Shown here piece after piece: positions 10,760 to 23,643 of a stretch of DNA of 42,979 nt. The position numbers were made by a program, and so were the translations under genes. The notes under the pieces are model-generated. The model was given only the letters and a program-made list of their open reading frames with translations, was not told the DNA's origin and did not search any database. Each line of letters opens with the position of its first letter. Position 1 is the stretch's first letter. This DNA comes from Perkinsus olseni (lineage: Eukaryota): the NCBI GenBank assembly GCA_013115125.1, contig JABANN010000283.1, forward strand, positions 1 through 42,979. The letters are read 5' to 3'.

Positions 10760-13424
10760 TCAGCAGACCTCGTCGACAATCTCACTCCCACGAGTATAAC
10801 AGTTACCGCCGTGCCATGTCACATTCTTTTCACCAACCCATATAAAGTCGCCCGAGAAAGTCATGCCAGCGTTCGAGTACTGGAGGAGAATATAATACGT
10901 CATCAGAGAAACTTGCACGGTGAGAAATGGCCAGAGGAAATGATATCCGAGGCGTAGAGCGATGAATACGATCGATTCGTCGAACCGTCGCTTCATGGCG
11001 ATAATAAATAGTATGAAAAGGCATGCTTCGGCCACGATGTCGATCAAGAGCCTGCGGATGCTGCGTGCAAACTCCTTGTCTGTCATATCCCAGAAGGTGT
11101 CGTGCAGTTTGGGGTTGAAGGTACGCAGGACACGCGAGGATATTAGGAAATGCAGGGGAGCGAGGATCTCAACCATTTCTTCGCAAATGGCAATAGCCAT
11201 CACAGAAAGTGAGCGCTTGGAGCATTTCTCGGCTAACTTTCCTTTGCTTCTGCCAATTATTACTTCTGTGATAATCTCAAGCACGCTACTTCTACGCGAG
11301 GGCAGCGAGCCTTCATGGGATGCGCGTCGAACTATAGTCTGAGCGCCATCAATGGGGAAGGGGCCCTTGACCAGACCGTTTCCATCAGAAGCCAGCGATA
11401 CCCCATCTAAGGTACCTTCTACTAGTCCCTGACGAGCATAGCCAATCGTATGTTTCAGCAGGCTAGTGAATGAAGAGAGCGTGCTCATACTAGAGCCTCG
11501 TCTATCTATCCCCCTGCGCGCGTTAAAATAAGAGAGCCTGGCCGCGATCTCTCGCTTCCGGCCAGCTGTAGCACTGCCGTGGTCCGAATTCACAGTAGCG
11601 CTCCCGTCTATCGATGGCATAATCCGCAAGAAGTCGGAACACTGGGCATCACTGGACGACTCGAGAGTATTGAGATGGCTGCCTCCCCTACCGTATAGCA
11701 CATCCGGTTCGATTCGACCAGGGCATTGCAGCGCATCAAGATGTGTTTTCGCGGAGTTCGCCCCTCTGTCAGCAGTGGCTCCACCACTTCGTTTATCAGG
11801 GGCACTCAGCCGAAAACCGGTTTCCAAGGCAGGGGACTGCGGCAATGGCGGCTCTATCTCCCCATTCGGATGACTGTCGCTCGTCTGCGAGTCATTGGCG
11901 GGATGCTCGTGATCAGTAGGCGGCAATGGTGCCGGGGCTGTTTCATCGGGCTGCCCTTCATTATCGCCTTCCACTCTTTGCGAATCGGGCTTCGGATCTT
12001 GGAGTGAAACTCGGCTTACACCGCCGAGGGATGAGCTCGGGTCTCCAGCTCGATAGATACAGTAGATGTGAAAGAAGTTTTCCGCGAGGTCCAAGGCGAT
12101 TAAGAGCATGGCCAACCAGACCTCGGGGACATCACTAATGGCGGAGGATATGAAGAACTCATAGGCGTACATCCCGAAGAGGACTATCATAGGGTAGCAG
12201 TCAATGCAAAACATCCTTGCATAGTGCTTAGCTACGTTCTCAAAAACTTTGCGGAACACGTAAAAGACGAGAAAAAAGCATATCTTCAATAATCCATTGA
12301 GCTCAAGGGAAAGGTAATATAGGACGGGGTAGCTTATGCCGAAAACGGCAACACCACCGCCAAGTGTGACGAACACCATCGCTATCTTCTTTCTGCACGC
12401 AGCTGAGCGCTTGTCACGAGGCACGTTATAGTAGGTCATACCGAACGCAGGTGACATTGTCGCACCAGCGATGATGGGCATCCATGGTAGAGGCCAATAA
12501 GGGGTGAATGCCGGGGCGACACCGAGGCAGATGACCTGCCAGGCACCCGCCATGAGACCGACCTTGAAGTAAATCGCTATACGCTCGTCTCCCCAAACGT
12601 CGGAAAGGAAGCTGTTACTCCACGGAGCGAGCATAAAGGTACACTGAAAGGCGATGATGAATAGTACTGGCAGCCACTGCCATACAGACACATGGATTGG
12701 GCCCGGGATCGGTATAGCGAACACGATGAGCGAGGCGAGTGGGCCAAAGCAGACAATCAGTGCTGCCCGATAGAGCTCTAGGTGAGGTACCTCGCGTAGA
12801 AAGATGCTATCCACTTGGTAGCTAGAGGTCAGCCTCACTCACCGTGTCTCTCTGAAGACATTCACTGAGCTCCGCCGAAAGCTCGGGGGAGTCTGCGAGG
12901 CACATGAGTGCGGCATCCAGGACTCCAGTCAGTTTCTCCCAGCCGGCTTTGGTAGATGAGCGGAGATACTTCAGTGTAATAGAAAAGTGACGCCTCTCCT
13001 GAGAAACGCTGGGACTCAGTTCGTCATCGAGTCGTATGGGCATCACCATTGAATCATATGAAAAGCAAATCGATCCTCATTGTGCCTGCTGCGAATTCAT
13101 AGACATCACTACACGCGGTCTATGATGCGGACTTGAACGAACTCGAAGGGTTGAAGTACTCACACTCTTCTGTGATGCCGCGGGGGTCTTCGCAATAACT
13201 GGCAACGGGGCTCGCACGGGAGCCGCTGCCCCTGTGCCACCGGCAGCACCGCCATTAGGCGGTAAGTCTGCCTTGAGGCGATAACTCGTCGGTGAAGCGG
13301 AACGGCTGAGACGAAGAGGATAAGCATGCGGCGGAGCGGTGAGGTGGGAAAATGTTACTCCGTACGGAGTCAGGCATAGGCCACCACCTCGCTCGGTAGC
13401 AACTGCCTGTTTATTGGAGTCCAT
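10760..13424 (-). CDS. 11-TM membrane protein family, copy 2 (apparently intact)
   Basis: Exons 13424-13366, 13305-13164, 12998-12843 and 12790-10760. Introns of 60, 165 and 52 nt are all GT-AG and the spliced frame is open. The protein ends WHGGNCYTRGSEIVDEVC. Confidence 0.85.
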
Positions 13425-13467
13425 ATAGCACGTCCAAAAATAGGGCTGAGATTGGACTCCGATCATC

Positions 13468-13780
13468 GGAGATTGAGCTCCCGAGACACCTTCAAGGCCA
13501 GGAATGCTCTGCCCACACCTGGCCGCTTCGTTGTGGAGGGCAAAGTTCTGAACCGCATCAAGAAAGGAGAAGCTCCGAGACTACTTGACTGGCAGTCGGC
13601 GACTGTGACACCGCCATGGCCGGAGCTGGCAAACGCCAGAAGCTAGAGCTCGACGTCGGATTCGGCAGAGTCGGCTGACAACAACCCGACAGCCCTAGAC
13701 CACCTGCCCAGTGTGAGGCAGGTGTTCGGTTTGAGCCTCATCCCCCTTTCTCTGTGGAGGCGCTGCTCTTCATGGCCCTA
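13468..13780 (+). repeat. Inter-gene repeat, copy B
   Basis: Homologous to 10179-10560 with indels; it marks the edge of the copy 2/copy 3 duplication unit. Confidence 0.85.
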
Positions 13781-14429
13781 TTTTACGAAGTTGGCGAAAT
13801 GTCGTCCCTAGGTAACATGAGAGCTCTGGAGTACGCTATGCGCATCCAGGCATTTCGTGCCAACAGGCGACAATGAGCCTTCCAGCGTTTAGGTGACGAC
13901 GAAAGGTGGTTCTTGTGCGTATCGGTCGCACATGCTAAGCTCAGTGCATTGCGGGTACGGTTGCGGGCAAGGGCGAAATTCGCGCCGCGCGAGTGGCATA
14001 CAGTAGGGGCGTGAATCGCCTTCCCCTCGGACCCACGCGTCTGGAGCGGGAGGATCGAGATTATTCTTCATACGTAGAAGCCATCTAATTCGAATCAAAT
14101 GAGCGGACGCCTGCATGTGAAATTATCTAGTGACCTGTCGCTCATCACCGTGGTAAGCGATACGATGTGATAATATCACATCGTCTAGCCTTGGGAATGG
14201 AATTATGAGTCTTCGGGCTTTGCCGTAGCGATTACACACGTTTTCAATGTTTCACCCCCTGAGGCAACCTGACGCAACCACACATAAATACTGACAAGCC
14301 ATGCGGGACGAGAATATTCACGGTGACTGGTTGATTCATGGGAAACAATAAGTGTCCATCTATCTCGACCAGCAATGCTACAGGGCCTGTATTCCGGGAC
14401 TACTAGTCTCGGCTAGCCTGGTTGGAGTC

Positions 14430-17047
14430 TCAGCAGACCTCGTCGACAATCTCACTCCCACTAGTATAACAGTTACCGCCGTGCCATGTCACATTCTTTT
14501 CACCAACCCACATAAAGTCGCCCGAGAAAATCATGCCAGCGTTTGAGTACTGGAGGAGAATATAATATGACATCATAGAAAATTGCACGGTGAGAAATGG
14601 CCAGAGGAAATGATATCCGAGGCGTAGAGCAATGAATACGATCGATTCGTCGAACCGTCGCTTCATGGCGATAATAAATAGTATGAGAAGGCATGCTTCG
14701 GCCACGATGTCGATCAAGAGCCTGCGGATGCTGCGTGCAAACTCTTCGTCTGTCATATTCCAGAAGGTGTCATGAAGCTTGGGGTTGAAGGTACGCAGGA
14801 CACACGAGCATATCAGGAAATGCAGGGGAGCGAGGATCTCAACCATTTCTTCGCAAATGGCAATGGTCATCACAGCAAGAGAACGCTCGGAAAGTTTCTC
14901 GGCTGACTTTCCTTTGCTTCGGCCAATTATTACTTCTGTGATAATCTTAAGCACGCTACTTCTACGCGAGGGCAGCGAGCCTCTATGGGACGTGCGTCGA
15001 ACTATAGTCTGAGCACCATCAATAGGGAAGGGGCCCTCGACCAGACCGTTTCCACCAGGGGACGGCGATCCTTTACCCAAGTTAGCTCTCACTGGCTTTT
15101 GAAGAGCAGAGCCTTTCATATGTTTCAGCATGCTAGTGAATGAGGGCAGGGTGCTCATACTAGAGCCTCGTCTAGCTATCCCCCATCGCTCGGTAGTATT
15201 AGATACCTTGGCGACGACCTCTCGCTTCCGGCCGACAGAAGCAATGCCGTGGTCCGAACTCTCAGCGACCCTTCCGTTCATCGACGGCATAATTGGTGAA
15301 AATGCGGAACACTGGGCGCCACTGGACGAGATGCAATTTTTGGGATGGCCGCTTCCCGTGCCGCACACGCCATCCGACTCGACTTGACCAGGGTACTGCA
15401 CCGCATGAAGGGACGCTTTCATGGAGGCTTCTCCGTCTTCTCCCCGCGAGGACCCGCCACGTTTACCAGAGGCACTCAGCTGGGAACCGAGTTCTGAGAC
15501 GGCCGACTGCGGCAGTGGCGGCTCCATCTCAGCATTGTGGTAACTGGCGCTCTTCTGCGGAATTTCTCGCGAATAGTCCGCGGGATGCTCGAGATCAGAA
15601 GGCGATAATAGATTCGGCTGATCTTCATCGTTTCCGTCTCTCTGTAGATCGTGCTCCGTGTCTCCGAGTGCAACTCGACTCGTATTGCCAAGGGACAAGC
15701 TCGGGTCTCCACTGGAGACTCTCCAGCTCGATAGATGCAGTAGATGTGAAAGAAGTTTTCCGCGAGGTCCAAGGCGATTAAGAGCAAGGCCAACCAGACC
15801 TCGGGGACATCACTAATGGCGGAGGATATGAAGAACTCATAGGCGTACATCCCGAAGAGGACTATCATAGGGTAGCAGTCAATGCAAAACATCCTTGCAT
15901 AGTGCTTAGCAACATTCTCAAAAACTTTGCGGAACACGTAAAAGCCGAGAAAAAAGCATATCTTCAATAATCCATTGAGCTCAAGGGAAATATGGTAAAG
16001 GATAGGGTAGCTTATGCCGAAAACGGCTTCTCCACCGCCAAGTGTGACGAACACCATCGCTATCTTCTTTCTGCACGCAGCCGAGCGCTTATCACGGGGC
16101 ACGTTATAGTAGATCATACCGAACACAGCCGAGAGAGTCGCACCAGCGATCAACGGCATCCATGGTAGAGGCCAATAAGGGGTGAAGGCCGGGACGACAC
16201 CGAGCCAGAATGCCTGCCAGGCACCCGCCATGAGACCGATCTTGAAGTACTTCGCCACACGCTCGTCACCCCAGACGTCCGAAAGGAAGCTGTTACTCCA
16301 AGGAGCGAGCATAAAGGTGCTTTGGAAGAAAATGATGAATAGTACTGGCAGCCACTGCCATACAGACACATGGATTGGGCCCGGGATCGGTATAGCGAAC
16401 ACGATGAGCGAGGCGAGTGGGCCAAAGCAGACAATCAGTGCTGCCCGATAGAGCTCTAGGTGAGGTACCTCGCGTAGAAAGATGCTATCCACTTGGTAGC
16501 CAGAGGTCAACCTCACTCACCGTGTCTCTCTGAAGACATTCACTGAGCTCCGCCGAAAGCTCGGGGAAGTCTGCGAGGCACATGAGTGCGGCATCTAGGA
16601 CTCCAGTCAGTTTCTCCCAGCCGGCTTTAAAAGATGAGCGGAGAGATTCCAGAGCCATAAGAAAGTATCGTCTCTCCTGAGAAACGCTGGGACTCAGTTC
16701 GTCATCGAATCATATGGGCATCACCGCTTTATCGTGGGGAAAGCACTACAACGGTTTAGAACGGACTGCAGTTAACTCGGAGGGCCGAAGTACTCACACT
16801 CTTCCGTGATGCCGCAGAGGACTCTGCAATGAGTGGTAATGGGGCTGGTGCGGGAGCCGCTGACCTTGGCCTCCTCGGAACACCGCCACTGGGCGGTGAA
16901 TCCGCCTTAAGGCGATGGCTCGTCGATGAAGCGGAACGACTGAAGAAGAGGGTCAGGCGAGCAATGGAGTGGTGAGGCCCATTCGTACGGAGTCAGGCAC
17001 AGGCCTCCACCTCCCTCGGAAAGACTCGCCCGATTGTTGGAGTCCAT
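14430..17047 (-). pseudogene. 11-TM membrane protein family, copy 3 (frameshifted)
   Basis: Near-identical to copy 2 in the TM regions, but split into ORFs 15476-16516 and 14430-15698 by a 14-bp insertion at 15712-15725. ATG is at 17047. Confidence 0.8.
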
Positions 17048-18074
17048 ATAGCACGTCAGAAGGAAGGCTGGCAAAGGGATGGCAGCGGAGGGCGTCGCGT
17101 AAACGCCAGGGAACTGCACGTAAACGGATCCCCCAGACTGTCCCGTTAACGACTCACTCCTCCTACGTCATTGGTAGAAGCTTGTAATGAGTCATGGTGA
17201 TACATCCACAATGACAGCATAGGTAAGATGTTGGAGGGAAACAGAGGAACACTCTTTCGAGAGGGAGCGAGTTGATACCTTGAGTATTAGCAGAATAAAG
17301 CCATTGGTCGACGCCGTCGACTCGACGGCCGGTCAGCAGGTCGTGAAGCAACCTGAGTTGGCCGACTCAGCGGCGTCCTCCGGTCTCAGGAGATTAAGCT
17401 GTGCAATCGCTGCCCGCGTCTGTGCTGCGCTCACCACAGAGACACCCTGTCACTCGGAGTGATCGCTCCGTTGACCCCTTTCAGAGGCAGCTACCAATAG
17501 TTGCTTGGAGGAATCATGAGCACAACATGAGGAGGCGAGTAGTCTCCAGATTGAGGATGAAGGCAACGGTTTACAGCGCAATAATCAGGGACGGGAAGAC
17601 ACCGTCGAGTGGTGACATTCGTGCTGCGAAAAGCTTGTCTACAAGATATGAGACAAGAACTTGACAACAGCTCAATGCAGATCGTGGGTAAATCCCAATC
17701 CGCAATCAGCTTACGTTGAGTTCGAGTACGACAGCTTGTCTTCGCGATCCAACCTCAAGGTGGACAAGGTATTGGAGACTCGAAAACCTCGGGTAATTTG
17801 ATGGCCTGCCTTGGCTCTGACTATCACACCGGGAAGCTCCACGATCGAAATTAAGGCACGGGCTTAGGGCCGGTGATCACACAAGATTACTGAAGTCTGA
17901 AGGAGGAGACCCACTACAGCAACGCGACAACACGTGTTTAGCGCCCTACAAAACGCAGGACATCATAGAGGCTCGTTTTTCGATGAAAAACAACATTTCT
18001 CATGATATCTGAACAAGCAATGGTACAAAAACTGTATCCGCGGACTGCCGATCCAGGTTAATCTGTTTGCTCTC

Positions 18075-20680
18075 TCAGCAGACGTCTTCAATGGTCTCAT
18101 TCCCGGTAGTGTAACAGTTACCACCGTGCCATGTTGTATTCTTCTCACCAATCCATTTAAAGTCGAACGAAAAGGTCATACCGGCATTGGAATACTGAAG
18201 ATCTATATAGTGCGTCATGAGGCAGACCTGCATAGCCAAGAATGGCCAGAAAAACTGATAGCCAAGCCGCAGAGCGATGAAAATGACCGACTCGTTCAGC
18301 CACCGCTTGATGACAACAATCAGTAGGACGAAAAGACACGTTTCGGCAGCGATGTCTATCAAAAGCCTCCGGATGCCACGCACAAACTCTTCGTCTGTCA
18401 TGTCCCAGAATGTATCATGAAGCTTGGGGTTGAAAGTACGTAGGACCAACGAGCATATCAGATATTGTATGGGTGCCAGGACTTCAACGACCTCTTTGCA
18501 GATAGCAACGGTCATGATGGAAAGAGCACGCTTGGAACCGCCGTCTCTCATCCCGGCCATGGTCTCCATGTTCACACCCGTGACCAGGTCCGCGAGGATC
18601 TCGAATACACTACCCCTACGAGAAGAGCGCCAGCTGCCATCAGAACAGCGTCCTGCGCTTGTACGCCGATCATCGATCACAAAGTTGTCCCTCAGTACAC
18701 TATCTTCACAGAGATTCAGCGCGCTCCGATCCGTGTCTCCTCTCAGGGGCCCTCGACTGCCACAGCCCACTGAGCTTGCGAGCGGGCTAGGAGAAGGAGA
18801 TGGTGGGCATTCACTAGAGTCTCTCCTGAGTGTCCCATCATTTCGGCCAGTAGCGAAGGGCTCGGCTGTGGTGTGCTGCTCCCGACCAGGACTGTGCGGA
18901 ATGCTAGCGTGTTCTAGAGCCCCAGTACCACCCTCGTTGGTCAGCGACGTATCTCCGACAGAATCGGAGGGCCTGCCCACGACACTTGCACCGGTACCGG
19001 CAATATCGGGAATGCTGTTCTGTTGACCGAGGGTTACATTGGATTCGGGTGGGCCAGAGCCGAGAATCATATTTGACAGCGCCTCTGCATTCGAGGACTG
19101 TGTTTCGTTGTTCGATGTAGCCAGAGGCGATTCGGCCACCGCTGCTTCAACCTCGGCATCATCATCATTTTCTGTCGTTTTCGCAGCTCGTCGCGAGCCG
19201 ACGCCGGGGTGCGCAGCGCCATTCGGTAGCCCCTCATTGCCATTTCTCTGTGGATCGTTTTTTCGAATCTCTGGTGGAGCCATGTTGAACACGTTGCCCG
19301 GTGGGCGTCGCACTTGATAACTACAATAGATGTAGTAAAGGTTCTCCATAAGGTCGAGAGAAATCAGGAGAATCGCTAGCCAGACTTCCGTTACGGCGCT
19401 AATGACGGAGGATATGAAGAACTCATAGGCGTACATCGCGAAGAGGACTATCATAGGGTAGCAGTCGATACAATACAATCTCGCGTAGTGCTTAGCAACC
19501 TTCTCGAAAACTATTCGGAATACGTAGAAAGAGAGGCAGATCCAGAATCTCAAGAATCCATTGAGCTTTAGGGCGAAATAGTATAACATGGGGTAGCTTA
19601 TACCGAAGACAGCGACACAACTTCCGATAGAGACCAATACCATGGCGATTTTCTTTCTGGACCCCAGTGACCGCTTGCCCTCCGGCAAGTTATAGTAGAT
19701 CATACCGACTATAGCCAACAGTGTTACACAACCAATCACAGGCATCCACGGTAGAGGGAAATAAGAAGTAAAGGCCGGGACGACACCGAGCCAGAGGAGC
19801 TGCCAGGTACCCGCCAGGAGACCGATCTTGAAGTACTTCGATACACGCTCGTCTCCCCAAACGTCGGAAAGGAAACTGTTACTCCACGGGGCGAACATAA
19901 AAGAACACTGGAAACCGAGGAGGAATAATACTGGCAACCACTGCCATGCCGACACATCAGTAGGACCCGAGATAGGTACGATGAAAGCAACCAGCGAAAT
20001 AAGCGGAGCGAAGCAGACGATGAGCGCAGTCTGATAGAGTTGAGGGTGAGGTACCTAACACACGAATCGGAAACATGTGGTGAGATTCTTCACTCAGGAA
20101 TTGGAGAGTGAGACACAGTCCCTCGCCAGCAACGCTGTGCTGAATTTAAATTGTTTGGATATGCCAGAAGAAGCGAAGGTTTCTCTTATACAACGCTGTA
20201 TCATCGAAGCTCACCGTGTTCCTCTGAAGAGCTTCAGTGAGATCCAATGAAAACTCTGGGAAATCTGTCAGGCGGTCGCGGGCAGCTTCCAGAGCTTCGA
20301 CGACTCTCTCCCAGCCTGCCATCATAGCTGCGAGGATGACTTCTGCCCCTGTGAGCAAGCGGCGTCTCCCCTGAGGAGCATACTCGATCAGCGAAGTGCT
20401 CCAGATCATCGAAGATGTACATGCAGGGCGGTACCCAGAGCGGACGCCTGTCATCAGAGCTCACCCTCTTTGGTGAACTCGGAAGAGGCTCTTGTACGAG
20501 TGGCAGCAAGTCTCGCGCTGGAGATTCCGAAGTTCGACCGGTCGCGACGCTAACACGAGCCAGCGGAGGTTCTCTGATGGAGAGAACAGATTCGACTGGA
20601 AGCGGTACAGCATTCTCGTACGCAGTGCGGGTTTGGCCAGCATCTTGTCCGGTAGCAATGGCCTCATCGCAGGAATTCAT
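18075..20680 (-). CDS. 11-TM membrane protein family, copy 4 (apparently intact)
   Basis: Starts MNSCDEAIATGQD at 20680 with the same 4-exon layout; the last intron is 20055-20214. The main exon runs VPHPQLYQTALIVC... to WHGGNCYTTGNETIEDVC. Confidence 0.85.
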
Positions 20681-21101
20681 ATAGTATCGCAAGAGCAAGA
20701 CTCAAAGCAAAGTATCTCGAAATAAAAGGACAGCAGCCCGCTGTGCCAGCTGCATTTCGCACATTCTCAACAGGAAGTTGAGCTTCACAGGACCGAACGA
20801 GACGCCTCTCTGCCATAACGTCCTGCTTCTCATGCTACCCATGACAAACGCCGCAAAAAGTCTCAGTCCTCCATCAATTCGCCAGGTTCCATCTCGTCCT
20901 ATTTGAATGACTGCACGGCTCCATGGAAGTGGTGTCCACTGTAACACAACAGTGCATGGCCCTTGATGAGCTCCGCGATACGGAGACAACCAACATGGCT
21001 CGTCAGGTTATCAGAGATATCATGTCTTCATCTTTTCCTACGAGCAATGCTACGGGATCTGTAGCCTCGGACTGCTAGCCCAAGCTAGTCTGGCTGACAG
21101 C

Positions 21102-23643
21102 TCAGCAGACCTCCTCGATAGTCTCATTCCCGGCAGTGTAACAGTTACCACCGTGCCATGTTGTGTTCTTCTCACCAATCCACTTCACGTCAAGCGAGAA
21201 GGTCATACCGGCATTAGAATACTGGAGAACGATATAGTACGTCATCATAGACAGTTGCACAGTGAAAAATGGCCAAAGGAAGTGATGACCAAGCCGCAGA
21301 GCGATGGATATGACCGACTCGCTCAACCTTCGCTTAATGACAAAAATGAGTAGCATGAAAAGACACGCTTCGGCCACGATATCTATCACCAGCCTCCGGA
21401 TGCCACGCAGAAATTCTTCGTCTGCCATATCCCAGAATGTATCATGAAGCTTGGGGTTCGAAGACCGCAGGACAATAAAGCAGATTAGGTATTGTACGGG
21501 TGCCAGGACCTCAACCAGCTCTTTGCAGATAGCAATGGTCATGATTGAGAGAGCACGCTGAGAGATCTCGTCTCCGTCGCCCATCTCCCTGGTATTCCTA
21601 CCGGTAACTAGATCTGTGATGACCTCAAGTACACTGCTCCTACGAGATGACATGGAGCTGCCCTCGCGGCTGAGACCAGGCGATGTTCGTTTGCCCTCAA
21701 TAACGGAAGGATTCTTCGCCAGGGTCGAGAAGGAAGCCAGCGTGCTCATACTAGACCCTCGTCTCGCTATCCTCGTGGGCGCGCCAGAAACGGCCTCTTT
21801 CGCTTTAATTCGTTGCTGCTTGCCGGAATTACTCGGAGTGATGCGATGATCGGGGTTCTCATCTGCGCTTGCGTTCATCGATGGCATAACCCGCGAAAAG
21901 TTAGAACCTCTACCTTTGAATCTTCCGACCTTCGTGGAGATTTTGGAATGACTGTTCAGCTCTCTGTTGAGCGCATCGGAATCTGTTCGACGATTGCAAC
22001 GCCATGAAGTGAACAGAGCACCCTTGGGAGCTCTCCCTTCCCCATCCCTAAGGTTTCCAGTCACCCGTTCACCAGAGCCGCGCAGCCAAGACTTCAATTC
22101 CGAGACGGGAGGGTGTGGTGTTACTTCGACCTTTCTGGAGCAGTGATCATAGCCACTCGTCTCATCTGCTTGTGACAAGTCACCGGCGGGATTCGGAGCG
22201 CGAGTTGGAGGAAGTGGCGCCAGATCGGCACTACTTCGCCGAGCTACTTCTTCGACAACGTCTCTCTGTCGGTCGAGGCTTCTGCTCTGGGATGGGTTCG
22301 AACTCATAGAGTGATGCAACAGGATGGGGTTCCTAGCTTGGTGAATACAATAGATGTAGTAGAGGTTCTCCAGAAGGTCCAGGGAAATCAGGAGCATGGC
22401 CAACCAAACTTCGGTGACGGCGCTGATGACGGAGGATACAAAGAACTCATAGGCGTACATCGCGAAGAGCACTATCATAGGGTAGCAGTCGATAGAGTGT
22501 AGCCTTGCGTAGTGCTTAGACACTCTCTCGGAAACTTTTCGGAACACGAAGAAAAAGATGAAAATCAATACTTTCAAGAATCCGTGGAGCTCGAGTGATA
22601 AGTAGTACAGAAAGGGGTAGCCTAAGGCGAAAACAGTTACACCACTGCCGACAGTCATGAACAGCATCGCCAGCTTTCTTCTAGACCTCAATGAGCGTTT
22701 GTCACGTGGCACGTTATAGTAGATCATAACGATCGTAGCTAAAAGTGTTACACCACCGATCATGGGCATCCACGGTAGAGGAAAATAAGGAGTAAAGGCC
22801 GGGACGACACCGAGGCAGATGACCTGCCAGGCACCCGCCATGAGACCGATCTTGAAATACTTCGATACACGGTTGTCGCCCCAAACGTCGGAAAGGAAGC
22901 TGTTACTCCACGGAGCGAGCAGAAACGCACACTGAAAGGCGATGAGGAATAGTACTGGCAGCCACTGCCATACGGGGACATCGATAGGGCCGGAGATAGG
23001 AATGGTGAATACGGCCAGCGCAATGAGCGGAGCGAAGCAGACGATTATTGCTGCCCAGTAGAGTTGAAGGTGAGGTACCTGAGGCACAGAGCAAGGCTCT
23101 TCGTCCCTGGAAAGGATGCTCAGTACACTTACCGTGTCTTTCTGCAGGAATTCGATGAGTTCTGGAGAGAGCTCTGGGAAGTCTGTGAGGAGCTCATGTA
23201 CTGCATCCAGGGCGCCAGCCAGTTTCGCCCAGCAGGCTTTGGTAGATGAGCGAAGAATTTCCAGTGTTATACAATAGCGGGCTCTCTCCTGAGTAGCAAC
23301 GGAACTTAGTTTGCCACTGAACGGTCTGATGAATATTCTAATACGCGGTATAAAACGCGGAATTCAGCGAGCTCGGAGGGTCGAAGTACTCACGCTTTCC
23401 CGTGATGCCGCAGAGGACTCTGCAATGAGTGGTAATGGGGCTGTCACGGTAGCCACTGACCTTGTCCTCCTCGGAACACCGCCACTGGGCGGTGAATCTG
23501 CCTTGAGGCGATGACTCGTCGATGAAGCGGAACGACTGGAGAAGAGGGTCAGGCGAGCAATCGAGTGGTGAGGCCCATTCGTACGGAGTCAGGCACAGGC
23601 CTCCACCTCCCTCGGCAAGACTCGCCCGATTGTTGGAGTCCAT
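21102..23643 (-). CDS. 11-TM membrane protein family, copy 5 (apparently intact)
   Basis: Starts MDSNNRASLAEGGGG at 23643; intron 1 is 23536-23584 (49 nt) and the last intron is 23079-23132 (54 nt). The main exon ends WHGGNCYTAGNETIEEVC. Confidence 0.85.

Noticed and set aside
16710-16712. Apparent in-frame TGA in copy 3, and a TGA at 13077 in copy 2
   Set aside because: All five copies share a phase-0 ctCAG|G acceptor further downstream, so these stops lie inside intron 2.
7471-23087. ORF-track GTG/TTG starts and the many short overlapping ORFs in the array
   Set aside because: The locus is eukaryotic and spliced. These starts fall at or near splice acceptors, in introns or inside exons, and the short ORFs are alternate-frame or antisense shadows.
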